64,000 nt of DNA, from positions 24,012-88,011 of the forward strand of contig SUUM01000003.1 in assembly GCA_015062525.1 (NCBI GenBank), in the 5' to 3' direction. This DNA comes from Alphaproteobacteria bacterium (lineage in GTDB: Bacteria; Pseudomonadota; Alphaproteobacteria; Rs-D84). The position numbers and the translations under genes are program-made. Below are positions 27,577 through 40,045 of the stretch, piece by piece. A model generated the notes under the pieces. It was not told where the DNA came from, did not search any database, and saw only the letters and a program-made list of their open reading frames with translations. How positions within the stretch are numbered: the first letter of the stretch is position 1; every line of letters starts with the position of its first letter.

Positions 27577-28315
27577 AGTAATCGTCCATAGAAATTAATT
27601 TTACCTGACAAGATTTCCATAACACAACATCAATATACCCCCGTGGCAATCCCGTTTCACGTTTCAAATGCGCAAACATATCATCGCACGCATTTTTTAT
27701 TTCATCACACAGCTCACCATTATTTATTTTTGATTCTAAATTTGCTTTTTGCGCTTTGCTCTTTGCACATTGTGTTGCACATTGTGTCGCAAAAGCGACA
27801 CCAAGTCTTTGAATCCAGATATCATACTTCACAACATCTTCGCCCAGGTTTCGCGCCAAATGATTTGCAGTAATTTTTCCAACATGTGGTAATTTTTGCA
27901 GAAAATTTAATTTATCATCCAGTGATTCTAATTTGTAATATTCCCCGCGCAACTGTTCCCGATTTTCCCAAATTTTACAAATCGCATTTATTTTATTTTT
28001 GTTATTAAAAATTTTTAACAACGCACCAGACAAATTGCTCTTTGCGCTTTTTATCTCGGCTGTGCTGTGCACAGACGGATGCTCTTTGCTCATTAAAAAT
28101 TCCATCACCTTGTGATGAATTTTTTTTGCTGTTTTTTGTGAAAACCCACCCGCCAAAATCACATAGGCACAATGCGACGCAAACGCATCCGCATCATAAA
28201 TTTTTCGCGCACGCAGGTTTTCCAAAATCTCATCAAAACTTTGCGCATCGCTGTCCAACCCCGCCCCACGCAGTCGCGCATCTAAATCAAAAAACCAATC
28301 CCGCGAAAAATCCAT
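27563..28315 (-). CDS. HhH-GPD superfamily DNA glycosylase-like protein (250 aa)
   Basis: Helix-hairpin-helix motif …LQKLPHVGKITANHLARNLGEDVVKYDIWIQRLG… with an Asp at the position of the catalytic aspartate. Confidence 0.4.
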   Translation of the reverse strand: MDFSRDWFFDLDARLRGAGLDSDAQSFDEILENLRARKIYDADAFASHCAYVILAGGFSQKTAKKIHHKVMEFLMSKEHPSVHSTAEIKSAKSNLSGALLKIFNNKNKINAICKIWENREQLRGEYYKLESLDDKLNFLQKLPHVGKITANHLARNLGEDVVKYDIWIQRLGVAFATQCATQCAKSKAQKANLESKINNGELCDEIKNACDDMFAHLKRETGLPRGYIDVVLWKSCQVKLISMDDYLHRN

Positions 28316-28572
28316 TACCCGCGCCCACCACGCAATTCCGCGATTTGTTCCGGGGTCAGTTGCGGTTGTTGCGCCGCCATCATTTCTTTTAACTTATCAG
28401 TCCCCGCATTAAATTTACCCGCCGGCGATTCCAGTTCTGCTAATTCTTTTTTTATTTGCTCGATTCTGGCCTTTTTATGCCAAATTTGTGAATCAGATAC
28501 CGCCGTACCATACGATTCAATTTCAGATTCCAGCCTGTGCAATTCTGCGGTTAAATCTTCCTTCTTTGCCAT
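28315..28572 (-). CDS. Small coiled-coil hypothetical protein (85 aa)
   Basis: ORF predicted to be all-helical (ELHRLESEIESY…IEQIKKELAELE). Confidence 0.45.
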   Translation of the reverse strand: MAKKEDLTAELHRLESEIESYGTAVSDSQIWHKKARIEQIKKELAELESPAGKFNAGTDKLKEMMAAQQPQLTPEQIAELRGGRG

Positions 28573-28617
28573 AATAATTACCTATAAAATCTAGGCGCGG
28601 GAAACCGCGCCAACCAA

Positions 28618-31089
<2,472 letters not shown>

Positions 31090-31091
31090 TT

Positions 31092-31661
31092 ATGAAATTC
31101 AAATTACTATATTTTGGCGACATTTTGATTAATCCGAAAAAGCGCGCCCAACATATTGCGGACATACGCATGCAGTTTCATCCACAACTAAAAAAACTGG
31201 TTGAACACAGTCCATGGAACAACCTGACGCAATACATGGTACCCGACCCAACAAAAAGCCCAATTACCACACGCCACGTTGGCGGGATTGATTGGAATCC
31301 AATTATTACACCAAATTTGAAATTGATTGCCGAATTAGACATTCAAATGTTGCACCCTGAAATTGTGGGTGTACCACGTTCGGACATTGACAACCGCGTC
31401 AAAACGATTATGGACGGTCTGCGTTGTCCACAAAACGAACATGAAATCGGGGCAAACACACCACGCGACAAGGGTCCGATTTACACACTTTTGGATGACG
31501 ACCATTTGATTACAAAATTATCTGTTAACACCAGCCACCTGCTGGATTCTGAAATCTTTGCAAATCATGCACAACGCACACCTGATTCCGTCTTTATGAT
31601 GATTGACGTGAACGTACGCGTTGCCGAAGGGACATTGGAAAACCTGCCATTTATGGTGTAA
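31092..31661 (+). CDS. Hypothetical protein (189 aa)
   Basis: ORF with AAAAAGGGG RBS, divergent from gyrB. No motif recognised. Confidence 0.45.
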   Translation: MKFKLLYFGDILINPKKRAQHIADIRMQFHPQLKKLVEHSPWNNLTQYMVPDPTKSPITTRHVGGIDWNPIITPNLKLIAELDIQMLHPEIVGVPRSDIDNRVKTIMDGLRCPQNEHEIGANTPRDKGPIYTLLDDDHLITKLSVNTSHLLDSEIFANHAQRTPDSVFMMIDVNVRVAEGTLENLPFMV

Positions 31662-31796
31662 AAGACCAATACATACTCCTAGCAACGGGGTAAAAAATAA
31701 AGATGATGGTATAGATGCGCCGTGGTCGGCAAGTGTAGTGTACAGAAGTTACATGAACGCGCCGACCACAAGCAGATATGCCATCAGATTTGTTTT

Positions 31797-32900
31797 TTAC
31801 GATAATGCGGACGTGATTTGGTCCTGCATCTGAAACGTCCCAAGCACCACCCAAGCGATTATGGCGGACACCAATAAAATCCCCAAACTGTTTAATGTAT
31901 TTGAAATCTTTTCCATCTTGCGCACAGACTCGTTCAAATAATCGTTTGCAACTTGATTCAGATTTTCATCAAACTCATTCATATCGGCATAAATTGTTAA
32001 ATCCCCAATAATTTCAGAATCTGGGAAATCGCGCCCGGTATGCGCCAATGCCCGCCCCAAGTTTTCCCCATTTGCGATATATTTTAATGCGCGTTCCAGA
32101 ATACTTTTCAAATATCTGTTCGCGCTATCCGCCAACATTCGCATAGCATCCGGGATTGCAACACCGGCACTTACCATTGCACCCAAACTCATCAGCCAAC
32201 CAACAGACACCTGAATTTTATACACACTCCACGGGGGTAATTTATCAAACATCGCACGCAGGCGCCCCGACCAGTTGGCCAGACTGACCCACACAACGGC
32301 AATTACCGATGCAAACACCACCAGGAAAATATACCAATACCGAATTGAAACATCAGACAACCACACCAAAGACTGCGCCGTCCCGCGCCAAACAACATCG
32401 CTGCCTGCGATTTCCGCCAATGGTGGCACCAAATATAATCCCACCATAATGATGATACCAAACGTTAACGCCAATAAAAACAGTGGATATCCAATCGCAG
32501 ACGTCATTGCCCGTCTGATACGTTGTGTACCATCAACCACACGTCCAACGTTTTCAAGTGCGACCACCAAATTAGATAAATTACCACTGGTCACCAACAG
32601 TGTTTCATTTTCCGGCACCCAACCACGTGTTGCCTCGGAAAAACTCATACCACGTTCCAGGTTTTTTTGCCATTCGCGCATAACAATTGCAAACGGTTCG
32701 CGCGGTTTTGTCCCCCCATGCGATTCAATCATTTCCAAACGTTCCAGCGCATCAATCAGCGTGAAATCATTACGCAACAAGGATGCCAATTTTCTACAAA
32801 TTGACATACGTTTTTCCGTATTCATCCGGAACATTAACTTGGCATATAATAATTCCAATTTATTCATATCAATATGCCCCCGGCTGGTCCAGTTGTCCAA
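31797..32900 (-). CDS. GspF/PilC-family inner-membrane platform protein (T2SS-F domain, 3 TM; BfpE/TcpE-sized)
   Basis: 367 aa. Two cytoplasmic ~130-aa helical domains, each followed by TM segments. Overlaps the upstream ATPase gene by 32 nt. Confidence 0.6.
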   Translation of the reverse strand: MDNWTSRGHIDMNKLELLYAKLMFRMNTEKRMSICRKLASLLRNDFTLIDALERLEMIESHGGTKPREPFAIVMREWQKNLERGMSFSEATRGWVPENETLLVTSGNLSNLVVALENVGRVVDGTQRIRRAMTSAIGYPLFLLALTFGIIIMVGLYLVPPLAEIAGSDVVWRGTAQSLVWLSDVSIRYWYIFLVVFASVIAVVWVSLANWSGRLRAMFDKLPPWSVYKIQVSVGWLMSLGAMVSAGVAIPDAMRMLADSANRYLKSILERALKYIANGENLGRALAHTGRDFPDSEIIGDLTIYADMNEFDENLNQVANDYLNESVRKMEKISNTLNSLGILLVSAIIAWVVLGTFQMQDQITSALS

Positions 32901-34503
32901 CCCAGCGTTCTAATTCATCAACACTAATTACACCTTGCAACATTAACGACACGGCGGCCTCTTTTAGCGTACGTCCATCCATTTCTTCTAACCAATAACG
33001 CACCGCCCCATCTGTATTACCTGATAATGCCAGACGCAAAAATTCACTGTTTGTGATGATAATTTCACCCGCTTTGACACGCCCAATATTGCCTGTACCA
33101 TTACAATGCGCGCATCCCGCACCACGTTGATATACCTGGCGCAGACCAACATCACCATACGCATCCATAACACGACGATACGCACCACGTTCTGGGTGAT
33201 TTGCCAATGGTTCGCGACAATGTGGACAAACCTTTTTGAACAGACGCATAGACACCAATCCACGCATCAATGTTTCTTCTTTTAATTTAAAGGATTCAAC
33301 CCCTAAATCCAACAATCGTGTCAGGGCCGCCATGGCTGAATTAGCATGCAATGTTGTCCAAACATTATGCCCCGACAACGCGCCACGCACGGTTAATTCC
33401 GCCGCCGCCAACGTACGAATTTCCCCCACCATAAGCGTATCAGGGTCGCTGCGCAACGCCGCCGCCAAGGCTTCGACATACTTTTCTTCACGTTGTTCTT
33501 CATTGGTTGCATTAACAACCGGCATCTGACGTGCGCCAAAAATCTTTTGTTCAACGGGGTTTTCCACCGTAATCATATTAATTTCATAGTTGCGTTCTTT
33601 CAGCATCAACGACATATTGCGTACCAACGTCGTTGACTTACCAGAACTGGTCGGCCCCGCCACAATCACCAAACCCGTCGGAAAGGAACGCATACGTGCC
33701 AACAAACGCTGTTCATAGGGGCCAAATTCTTGTTCAACCTTGATCCCTTCGGACGGATTATCATACAACAATCGCATAACCGCATATCGCGTACCAAACG
33801 CGATTGGGTTAAACTGCATACGCACGCCCAACACCCCCGATGGCAGGTATAAATCCTTGGTTCCACGCAATGGTGTACGACCATCCTTTTGCGCAGATTG
33901 ATATTCATTTACCGCATAGTTCGCATTGGAAATATCCGCCGATGCAAATGCTGCGCGCAGGAACGATTCCCCCCATTGGGAATTATATTCCATAACGGGC
34001 TGCATACTGCCGTCTATGCGGAAATATATTGTTGTCTGGTCTGCGACTTCGACATGAACGTCTGACACTTTTTGTGCGGCGGCCTTGGCGATAATATCAA
34101 CAAAATCCTTTTGCATCTGGTTATCAAAGTCCGCACGTCCGCGCCCTGCCCCCCCCAGATGACTTTCATATGATTTATAAATATGTGAAATTAATCCCAG
34201 GTCCGAATAAAACGGTTCACGCATTTTGCGATTACGTTTTTTCAGCAACTCTAAAAACGCCAGCACCCGTCCATCATATCGATGTGTACGCGATATAATA
34301 ATTTCCCCACCGGAAAAATACGCAACCAAACCCTGCGTATCATGTGGCAATTCAAACATTGCCCCGGTCGCGGTCAACAAACGATTTCCATTAGAAAACA
34401 AATAATCAATAATATCTTTGGAATCTGCACTTTCCAGTCCCGCCGGAATTGACGGCATACTTTGAAATTTGATATTATCAAAATCACTTGTTTTATTTGG
34501 CAT
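32869..34503 (-). CDS. GspE/PilB-family secretion/pilus-assembly ATPase with a C-terminal tetracysteine zinc motif
   Basis: Walker A GPTSSGKSTT, Asp/His boxes (…DPDTLMVGEIR…, VWTTLHANSA), and CPHC…CAHC zinc-knuckle motifs. Confidence 0.85.
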   Translation of the reverse strand: MPNKTSDFDNIKFQSMPSIPAGLESADSKDIIDYLFSNGNRLLTATGAMFELPHDTQGLVAYFSGGEIIISRTHRYDGRVLAFLELLKKRNRKMREPFYSDLGLISHIYKSYESHLGGAGRGRADFDNQMQKDFVDIIAKAAAQKVSDVHVEVADQTTIYFRIDGSMQPVMEYNSQWGESFLRAAFASADISNANYAVNEYQSAQKDGRTPLRGTKDLYLPSGVLGVRMQFNPIAFGTRYAVMRLLYDNPSEGIKVEQEFGPYEQRLLARMRSFPTGLVIVAGPTSSGKSTTLVRNMSLMLKERNYEINMITVENPVEQKIFGARQMPVVNATNEEQREEKYVEALAAALRSDPDTLMVGEIRTLAAAELTVRGALSGHNVWTTLHANSAMAALTRLLDLGVESFKLKEETLMRGLVSMRLFKKVCPHCREPLANHPERGAYRRVMDAYGDVGLRQVYQRGAGCAHCNGTGNIGRVKAGEIIITNSEFLRLALSGNTDGAVRYWLEEMDGRTLKEAAVSLMLQGVISVDELERWVGQLDQPGAY

Positions 34504-34508
34504 ATTGA

Positions 34509-35186
34509 TTATTTCCCACTGCTGACATTCAAATTCTGTGTTACGCCGTCTTTGTCAACGAACACAACACCATCATACAATGATATAGATTTCACCGTTA
34601 ACCCATCCAACGACTTTCCAACACTAATACGCTTAGATTGGCCTGTATTTAAATCTTCCACAGTCGCCTGTAATTGTGAGCCCGCCCCAACAACATTAAC
34701 CAAACGATATTTTTTTGTAATATCAATTTCCGGTTCTTCTTCTGCGGCTTCGGGCACAGACATGGCCTTTGCCATCTTTTGTTCTTCTATATTTGCTAAC
34801 CAAGATTCCTTTTCTTGTTCGATACGCGCGGCCTCGGCCTCTAACTTGGCCTTTTGTGTTTCAATTTCCTGTTGTTGCTGTTCTGCACGTCCCGACAAAG
34901 TATCAATTTCCATATGCAACTTGATTTTTTCGGCCGCTAATCTGTCCAATTCTAAATCCAATTGGGCGCGTTCCTTTTCCAATTGCATAAGAACCTTTTC
35001 CTGTTCCAAATCAGTAATTTGTTGGAACAGCGACCCCGACACATCATAACCAGCGACCGCATCCGCCGATACTTCTTCCATATCGACATCAACTTCTACA
35101 ACTTCATCTACTGCGGCAAACGCGCTTGAAACCGCACCACAAAAAATCAACCCCAATAAAAACATTTTCTTATTTTGCATAGACAA
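34509..35186 (-). CDS. Periplasmic coiled-coil protein (GspM/PilO-like by position), signal or anchor at the N-terminus
   Basis: 225 aa. Hydrophobic N-terminus MFLLGLIFCGAVSSAFA, then a long heptad-repeat region (LEQEKVLMQLEKERAQLDLELDRLAAEKIKL…). Confidence 0.5.
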   Translation of the reverse strand: MSMQNKKMFLLGLIFCGAVSSAFAAVDEVVEVDVDMEEVSADAVAGYDVSGSLFQQITDLEQEKVLMQLEKERAQLDLELDRLAAEKIKLHMEIDTLSGRAEQQQQEIETQKAKLEAEAARIEQEKESWLANIEEQKMAKAMSVPEAAEEEPEIDITKKYRLVNVVGAGSQLQATVEDLNTGQSKRISVGKSLDGLTVKSISLYDGVVFVDKDGVTQNLNVSSGK

Positions 35187-36483
35187 TCACCTCATAGTTC
35201 CAAGAACGCGAACGCACATCCCATGATGCCTGCATCATATATACGCCGCCAAATTCATCAAATATTTTCATAAACTGCATCGGCACCAGTTTTGATTCCG
35301 CGCCAACCTCTACCACATTAACAGACGCAGTATCAACCCCGTTTGTTAACGTATCAACAACAACCAAAGTTTCAACATTTGTATCAATTCCCTGAAATGC
35401 AGTCGTAATATCACGCACAACCGTATCTGGGTCGCGTTCATCCTGGGACGAAAACACTTCCAATGTCGGCAGGGTTGCCCGCACACGAATTGTATCTTCA
35501 TCAATTTCACTTACAAAGGCCCCCGGCATCAACTGTGTTGCAATATTATAAAATTCACCAATTGTTCCAAAACTGCGAACAAATTCCGCCACAACATGCG
35601 TTTCGCCACAGGTTGCATAAACCTGATTCCAACCTGCAATCGGTTGCATAACAAAACCAATTGCCTGATAACATTGTTCTGCCCGCGCCATCACATCCGG
35701 CAACAATTCATACGGCATAACAATTGGCTCGGGCGGTAATTCTTTTTCTATTTCAAACTGCTCGTCTAACTTTTTGCTGCTTTCTTCTATCTGACGTTTA
35801 TATTCCGCCACCAATTCTGGATCCAATTCTGCCACTTTTGGGCGCGGACTAAGTGTCTGAACAATAGAATCATGAAATATCAGCGCCAATCCAAAAATAA
35901 ACACCCCAATCAGAACAGCGGACACCATCCCCGCACCAAAGCGACTGATTGAATGTAATACAACATTATTGCGTGCCACCAACAAATCCGCAAGATTACG
36001 TTCCGCCGCCCGCGGCATACCCCACGCACCTGGTGCAAAAAACGCCCCCCAGTCTGGAATTTCTGATAACTTGACATATTCCTTGCGTGCTTCGTCTTCG
36101 GATTCGAACACACTGTCTTCCAGAATAATTCCATTACGTGCCGCGACTAAATAGAATTTTTTTCCCATCGCAAACACCGCCAAAAAAGATGTATATTCTG
36201 AAAAACTGTTCATCACGGCAACGGCGGCAACATGCATTCCCGCCCGCACACCATTTTTACGCGCCGCCAACCCAACCATTTCGCGGTATTCAGTATATAA
36301 ACTTAATTTTTTATCAATATTACGCGACAAATTGCGTGCATAATTGCGCGCAGTAAATCCCGCAGAAACAGGTTGCCAAAACAACCCGACCGCATACTTC
36401 TTACGATTAACAGATATAGTCTGACTGGCCAAGTAAATTCTCTCTCTGAATATTCTGTTGTAAATTATAACACAAAATCCCAA
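35170..36483 (-). CDS. Bitopic inner-membrane assembly protein (GspL/BfpC-like topology: ~190-aa cytoplasmic domain, 1 TM, ~220-aa periplasmic domain)
   Basis: 437 aa with a single central TM (MVSAVLIGVFIFGLALIF). First gene of a four-gene overlapping operon ending with the GspF-like gene. Confidence 0.45.
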   Translation of the reverse strand: MGFCVIIYNRIFRERIYLASQTISVNRKKYAVGLFWQPVSAGFTARNYARNLSRNIDKKLSLYTEYREMVGLAARKNGVRAGMHVAAVAVMNSFSEYTSFLAVFAMGKKFYLVAARNGIILEDSVFESEDEARKEYVKLSEIPDWGAFFAPGAWGMPRAAERNLADLLVARNNVVLHSISRFGAGMVSAVLIGVFIFGLALIFHDSIVQTLSPRPKVAELDPELVAEYKRQIEESSKKLDEQFEIEKELPPEPIVMPYELLPDVMARAEQCYQAIGFVMQPIAGWNQVYATCGETHVVAEFVRSFGTIGEFYNIATQLMPGAFVSEIDEDTIRVRATLPTLEVFSSQDERDPDTVVRDITTAFQGIDTNVETLVVVDTLTNGVDTASVNVVEVGAESKLVPMQFMKIFDEFGGVYMMQASWDVRSRSWNYEVIVYAK

Positions 36484-36540
36484 ACGATAGCAAACGAATA
36501 TTCACCCACCCCCACCCACACGATAAACAAAAATTTATAT

Positions 36541-36703
36541 TAGTGTAAGTGGTTAGTGTAAGTGATTAGTGGCGGCACTATAATGTGCGGCATTCGCCGC
36601 ACACATCCACTAACCACTTGCACTTGCACTAACCACTAAACTTTTATTTATCGCGGTATTATTTATTCATTAACTGCACTCTGAACTCTGCACTCTGAAC
36701 ACT
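36541..36703. repeat. Full-length copy of a composite palindromic dispersed repeat. Imperfect 32-bp inverted arms (tagtgtaagtggttagtg… / …cactaaccacta) flank a GC palindrome, followed by the module cttttatttatcgcggtattatttattcattaactgcactctgaactctgcactctgaacact.
   Basis: Partial copies occur at 2845-2880, 42481-42548, 43224-43260, 46437-46475 (inverted) and 49994-50040. Confidence 0.8.
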
Positions 36704-36731
36704 AAAAAATCCCCGCTCCGCGGGGATTTTT
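36704..36731 (-). terminator. Hairpin terminator (aaaaatccccgctccgcggggattttt) after the OMP gene
   Basis: 10-bp stem and a T-run on the minus strand. Confidence 0.55.
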
Positions 36732-37712
36732 CTAAAACTCGAATCTAAGTCCCAACATTGCATTAACATAGAACAAATTTTCCGCACTAAACCATTCACG
36801 ATGTTTTGTGCCATCTTCATTGGACAGTTCCCACTTTACCCGCGGAATATACATCGCCCGCACACCGAAATCCATGAACATAGTCTCGCTCAGCCCATAT
36901 GAAAATCCCAACGCCACCAATCCCACAACATTTGATGTGTTATATTCTGATTTATAAAAACGAATTAAATTAGAATTATCCACAAAATCACCATACGGCC
37001 ATAAATCGGTTTGCTCGGACAAATCGCCATATGGATCCGACATATTCAATATTGTTTTTGTATCTGCATACCCAACACCAAATCCAATATACGGTATCAT
37101 TTGATACATCGGCTTATACAACCCGTCAAAGAAATCGTAAAATGCCATCGCACTGATAACATCGGTTGATATTTTGGACTGCACAGATGCACTTTGTATA
37201 TCTACCACAACCCCCCTTACATCGCCACCAACCAATTCCAATTCACCATCAAACATAGGCGACGCATTATAATCACTTTCCGAAATATGGTCCCATCCGG
37301 CTTCTAATCGCCATTGTGGCCTGTTTGATATTGTCCAACCGATACTGGCACCGGCTGCAAAAGAAAACCCTTCAAAATCTTTACTGGGGCTAACCTTACT
37401 TAAATCACCATACCCCGCATACAAATACCCATCACAGTTTTCACACTGATCATAATACATTCCCGTCACAACTGTACTCAGGTCCGGACTGATAAAATAT
37501 TCATTTACGACCGCACCAACTTCGTTTTTGACAGTTCCCATCCCAAATGCGGCACCACCACGCGCCGAAATTACAAAGCGCGAACCATCATCGGCATACC
37601 AACCATCCCCAACATATTCCCCGGGATATTGCCACCCTGCGGCCGCGGGCACGGTCATCAGACATGATAAAACGGTCAAAGCAAATAAATTTCTTTTTCT
37701 CATACCCCACAT
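36732..37712 (-). CDS. Outer-membrane beta-barrel protein (porin-like; C-terminal …LGLRFEF)
   Basis: Signal peptide MRKRNLFALTVLSCLMTVPAAA. Aromatic-rich alternating beta pattern and terminal Phe. The ORF-track start at 37727 is a TTG, so an internal ATG is preferred. Confidence 0.6.
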   Translation of the reverse strand: MWGMRKRNLFALTVLSCLMTVPAAAGWQYPGEYVGDGWYADDGSRFVISARGGAAFGMGTVKNEVGAVVNEYFISPDLSTVVTGMYYDQCENCDGYLYAGYGDLSKVSPSKDFEGFSFAAGASIGWTISNRPQWRLEAGWDHISESDYNASPMFDGELELVGGDVRGVVVDIQSASVQSKISTDVISAMAFYDFFDGLYKPMYQMIPYIGFGVGYADTKTILNMSDPYGDLSEQTDLWPYGDFVDNSNLIRFYKSEYNTSNVVGLVALGFSYGLSETMFMDFGVRAMYIPRVKWELSNEDGTKHREWFSAENLFYVNAMLGLRFEF

Positions 37713-37755
37713 TATATCACAAACCAACCCCTAATAAAAATGAAATATATTCCAT

Positions 37756-37782
37756 AAAAAAATCCCCGTTTGGGGATTTTTT
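37756..37782 (-). terminator. Hairpin terminator (aaaatccccgtttggggatttt) after the lipoprotein gene
   Basis: 9-bp stem plus a T-run. Confidence 0.55.
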
Positions 37783-38188
37783 AATTACACTTTCCATATG
37801 TACAATCCGTCGGCACAGACACAGTCGCCACCCCACCATCACGTGCGGTACGAACGCTGTTTGGATGTGGACAATCATACACATTTGCAACCAATACGAA
37901 TGCGCGTTCCGGTCCAAATATTACCCATTCATTTGGTTTGGTACGCTGGCTGGTAATCCAATATGCATTACCTGGACGCGCCTGGTCCACGATACGATTT
38001 TCCAAATATCTGCGTGCATCTTCGGCGGCATAAACCGACACTTCGGATTCTAACTTATACAAAAAAGTACATCCAATCGGTTCCGCATCTAACTGTACTA
38101 AATACTGACTGCCATTTTCATTTTTAACCATATTCCCGCACGCCGCAACAGACAACAAAACGGCAAAAATCGCCAAGAACTTTTTCAT
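37781..38188 (-). CDS. Hypothetical lipoprotein (135 aa)
   Basis: Lipobox MKKFLAIFAVLLSVAACGN. Confidence 0.55.
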   Translation of the reverse strand: MKKFLAIFAVLLSVAACGNMVKNENGSQYLVQLDAEPIGCTFLYKLESEVSVYAAEDARRYLENRIVDQARPGNAYWITSQRTKPNEWVIFGPERAFVLVANVYDCPHPNSVRTARDGGVATVSVPTDCTYGKCN

Positions 38189-38205
38189 ATTTCCTCTCCT
38201 ATTTT

Positions 38206-39165
38206 CTATTCTTCAACTATATCATAGTTTTCAGGATTGCTGAACAATTTTTTCAAAACCAGATTATTCAGCGCATGACTGCCCTTGTACGATTCCAACC
38301 CACCACACACAAACGCGCCCGATGTGAACATATCACCAATTGCATCAATTATCTTATGTCGCACAAATTCATCTGGCCAAATCGTTTTGTTTAACGTACC
38401 ATCACCCGCGTCATTTAATGCAATAACATTAGATTCATTTGCCCCGCGTCCCATACCACGCTTTTTCAGATATTCCCACTCGGAATACTTTCCAAACGTA
38501 CGCGCGCGTGCAATATTTTCAACAAAATCATCAACCGACTTATCCGTCCCATCAAACGAATATGAATAAGACTGATTTCCTATTATCTTTTCTGGATAAA
38601 CCAGGGTTGCCTTGACATCCAAAGACTTACCATCATTCGGACTTAATTTCACAAATCCATTGCTTTTGCGCCCGGCAACAGTATTAAACACCCATAATTT
38701 GAACCGCACAAACATTGGCAATTCGCGCAGCATTTCACGCGCATGCGCAATAACTGTACGTTTTACAACAATGCGTTTCATTTTACCCTTACCTACACCC
38801 GCCGCGCGAAAAGCATCTATAAACTGTGCCGCACTGCCATCCAGAATTGGTGTTTCCGGTCCATCAATTTCAATAATTGCACTGTCAATTCCAACCATAA
38901 ACAATGCCGCCATCAAATGTTCAATTGTCTGAACATGCGCGCCATCCATTTGCCCAACGGTCGTATTGCGCATTTTCGTTTCCCCAACATTATCATACAT
39001 CGCGGCAATTAAATCAGTCCCCGGCATATCAACGCGCTTGAAAAAAATCCCACGTTCCTTGGACGGTTTAACAACCAGATTCACCGGTGCCCCAGAATGA
39101 ATCCCGACACCCGAAATTTTCACCTGTTTTTTCAGCGTACTCAATTTAACTTCTCCTTTAACCAA
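38206..39165 (-). CDS. lpxC: UDP-3-O-acyl-N-acetylglucosamine deacetylase
   Basis: N-terminus TLKKQVKISGVGIHSGAPVNLVVKP matches LpxC. About 320 aa two-domain fold. Followed by lipid A genes. Confidence 0.9.
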   Translation of the reverse strand: MVKGEVKLSTLKKQVKISGVGIHSGAPVNLVVKPSKERGIFFKRVDMPGTDLIAAMYDNVGETKMRNTTVGQMDGAHVQTIEHLMAALFMVGIDSAIIEIDGPETPILDGSAAQFIDAFRAAGVGKGKMKRIVVKRTVIAHAREMLRELPMFVRFKLWVFNTVAGRKSNGFVKLSPNDGKSLDVKATLVYPEKIIGNQSYSYSFDGTDKSVDDFVENIARARTFGKYSEWEYLKKRGMGRGANESNVIALNDAGDGTLNKTIWPDEFVRHKIIDAIGDMFTSGAFVCGGLESYKGSHALNNLVLKKLFSNPENYDIVEE

Positions 39166-40043
39166 ACCCAGAACGAATAATCTATTACAGTTTCCAAACG
39201 CGCATATTTTATCTGGTCTTGCAATTCCACCGGCAACCGCACCCAGTCTTTTTCAGTTGTAATTAATTTTGCTTTTTTCTTGTCTGCCAACGCAATTAAA
39301 CGTTCCAAATCTTCGCTTGTATATTGATAGTGGTCTGGAAAACTGCGACGCGCCACAACATTTTTCAAAGAATTAAAGAACTTTTTCGGATACCCAATTC
39401 CGGCAAACGCCACCAATTTTTCATCTTCATCATACGGTGATGTCGTCTGATTTTTCGCATAAAACACAGGCACCCCCGCCGGCAAAACAAAGTTCCTTTT
39501 TGGTTTTCTATTTTTAATAACAATAATTGCATCGGCGTGGCGTGCCATACGCTTTGGCACACGCAACGGGCCGGCCGGCAACATCAACCCATTACCATAT
39601 CCCAACCCTTCATCAAAGACAATGATTGAAACATCCTTTTTGATTGTTGGATTTTGCAAGCCATCATCCATAATGATTGGCGTATCGTCATCTTGCCTGT
39701 TCAGCACAGAAATATTACTTTTTCTGTCGCCAACATGCACCGCCAACCCGGTCCGCGCCAACATTGTTGCCTCGTCCCCGATATTACCGGTCTTGGCACT
39801 TTTTTTATAACCACGCATAACCACCGGCGCGCCATATCTGTTTGCAATTGCGCGCACCACGGGCGTTTTTCCAACCCCCCCCGCCAAAATATTACCGACA
39901 CAGATAATCGGACGACGCGATTTCATTGGATGTAAAGATCGCATAAAATACACCACACGCCCCACACCATAATAAACCCAGGACACCGGCATCAACAACA
40001 ACGATACGGGATTTTTACTTAAAAACCACCAAGGTGTTTTCAT
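39141..40043 (-). CDS. lpxK: Tetraacyldisaccharide 4'-kinase
   Basis: P-loop VGNILAGGVGKTPVV. 300 aa. Overlaps lpxC by 25 nt. Confidence 0.85.
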   Translation of the reverse strand: MKTPWWFLSKNPVSLLLMPVSWVYYGVGRVVYFMRSLHPMKSRRPIICVGNILAGGVGKTPVVRAIANRYGAPVVMRGYKKSAKTGNIGDEATMLARTGLAVHVGDRKSNISVLNRQDDDTPIIMDDGLQNPTIKKDVSIIVFDEGLGYGNGLMLPAGPLRVPKRMARHADAIIVIKNRKPKRNFVLPAGVPVFYAKNQTTSPYDEDEKLVAFAGIGYPKKFFNSLKNVVARRSFPDHYQYTSEDLERLIALADKKKAKLITTEKDWVRLPVELQDQIKYARLETVIDYSFWVWLKEKLN

Positions 40044-40045
40044 TA

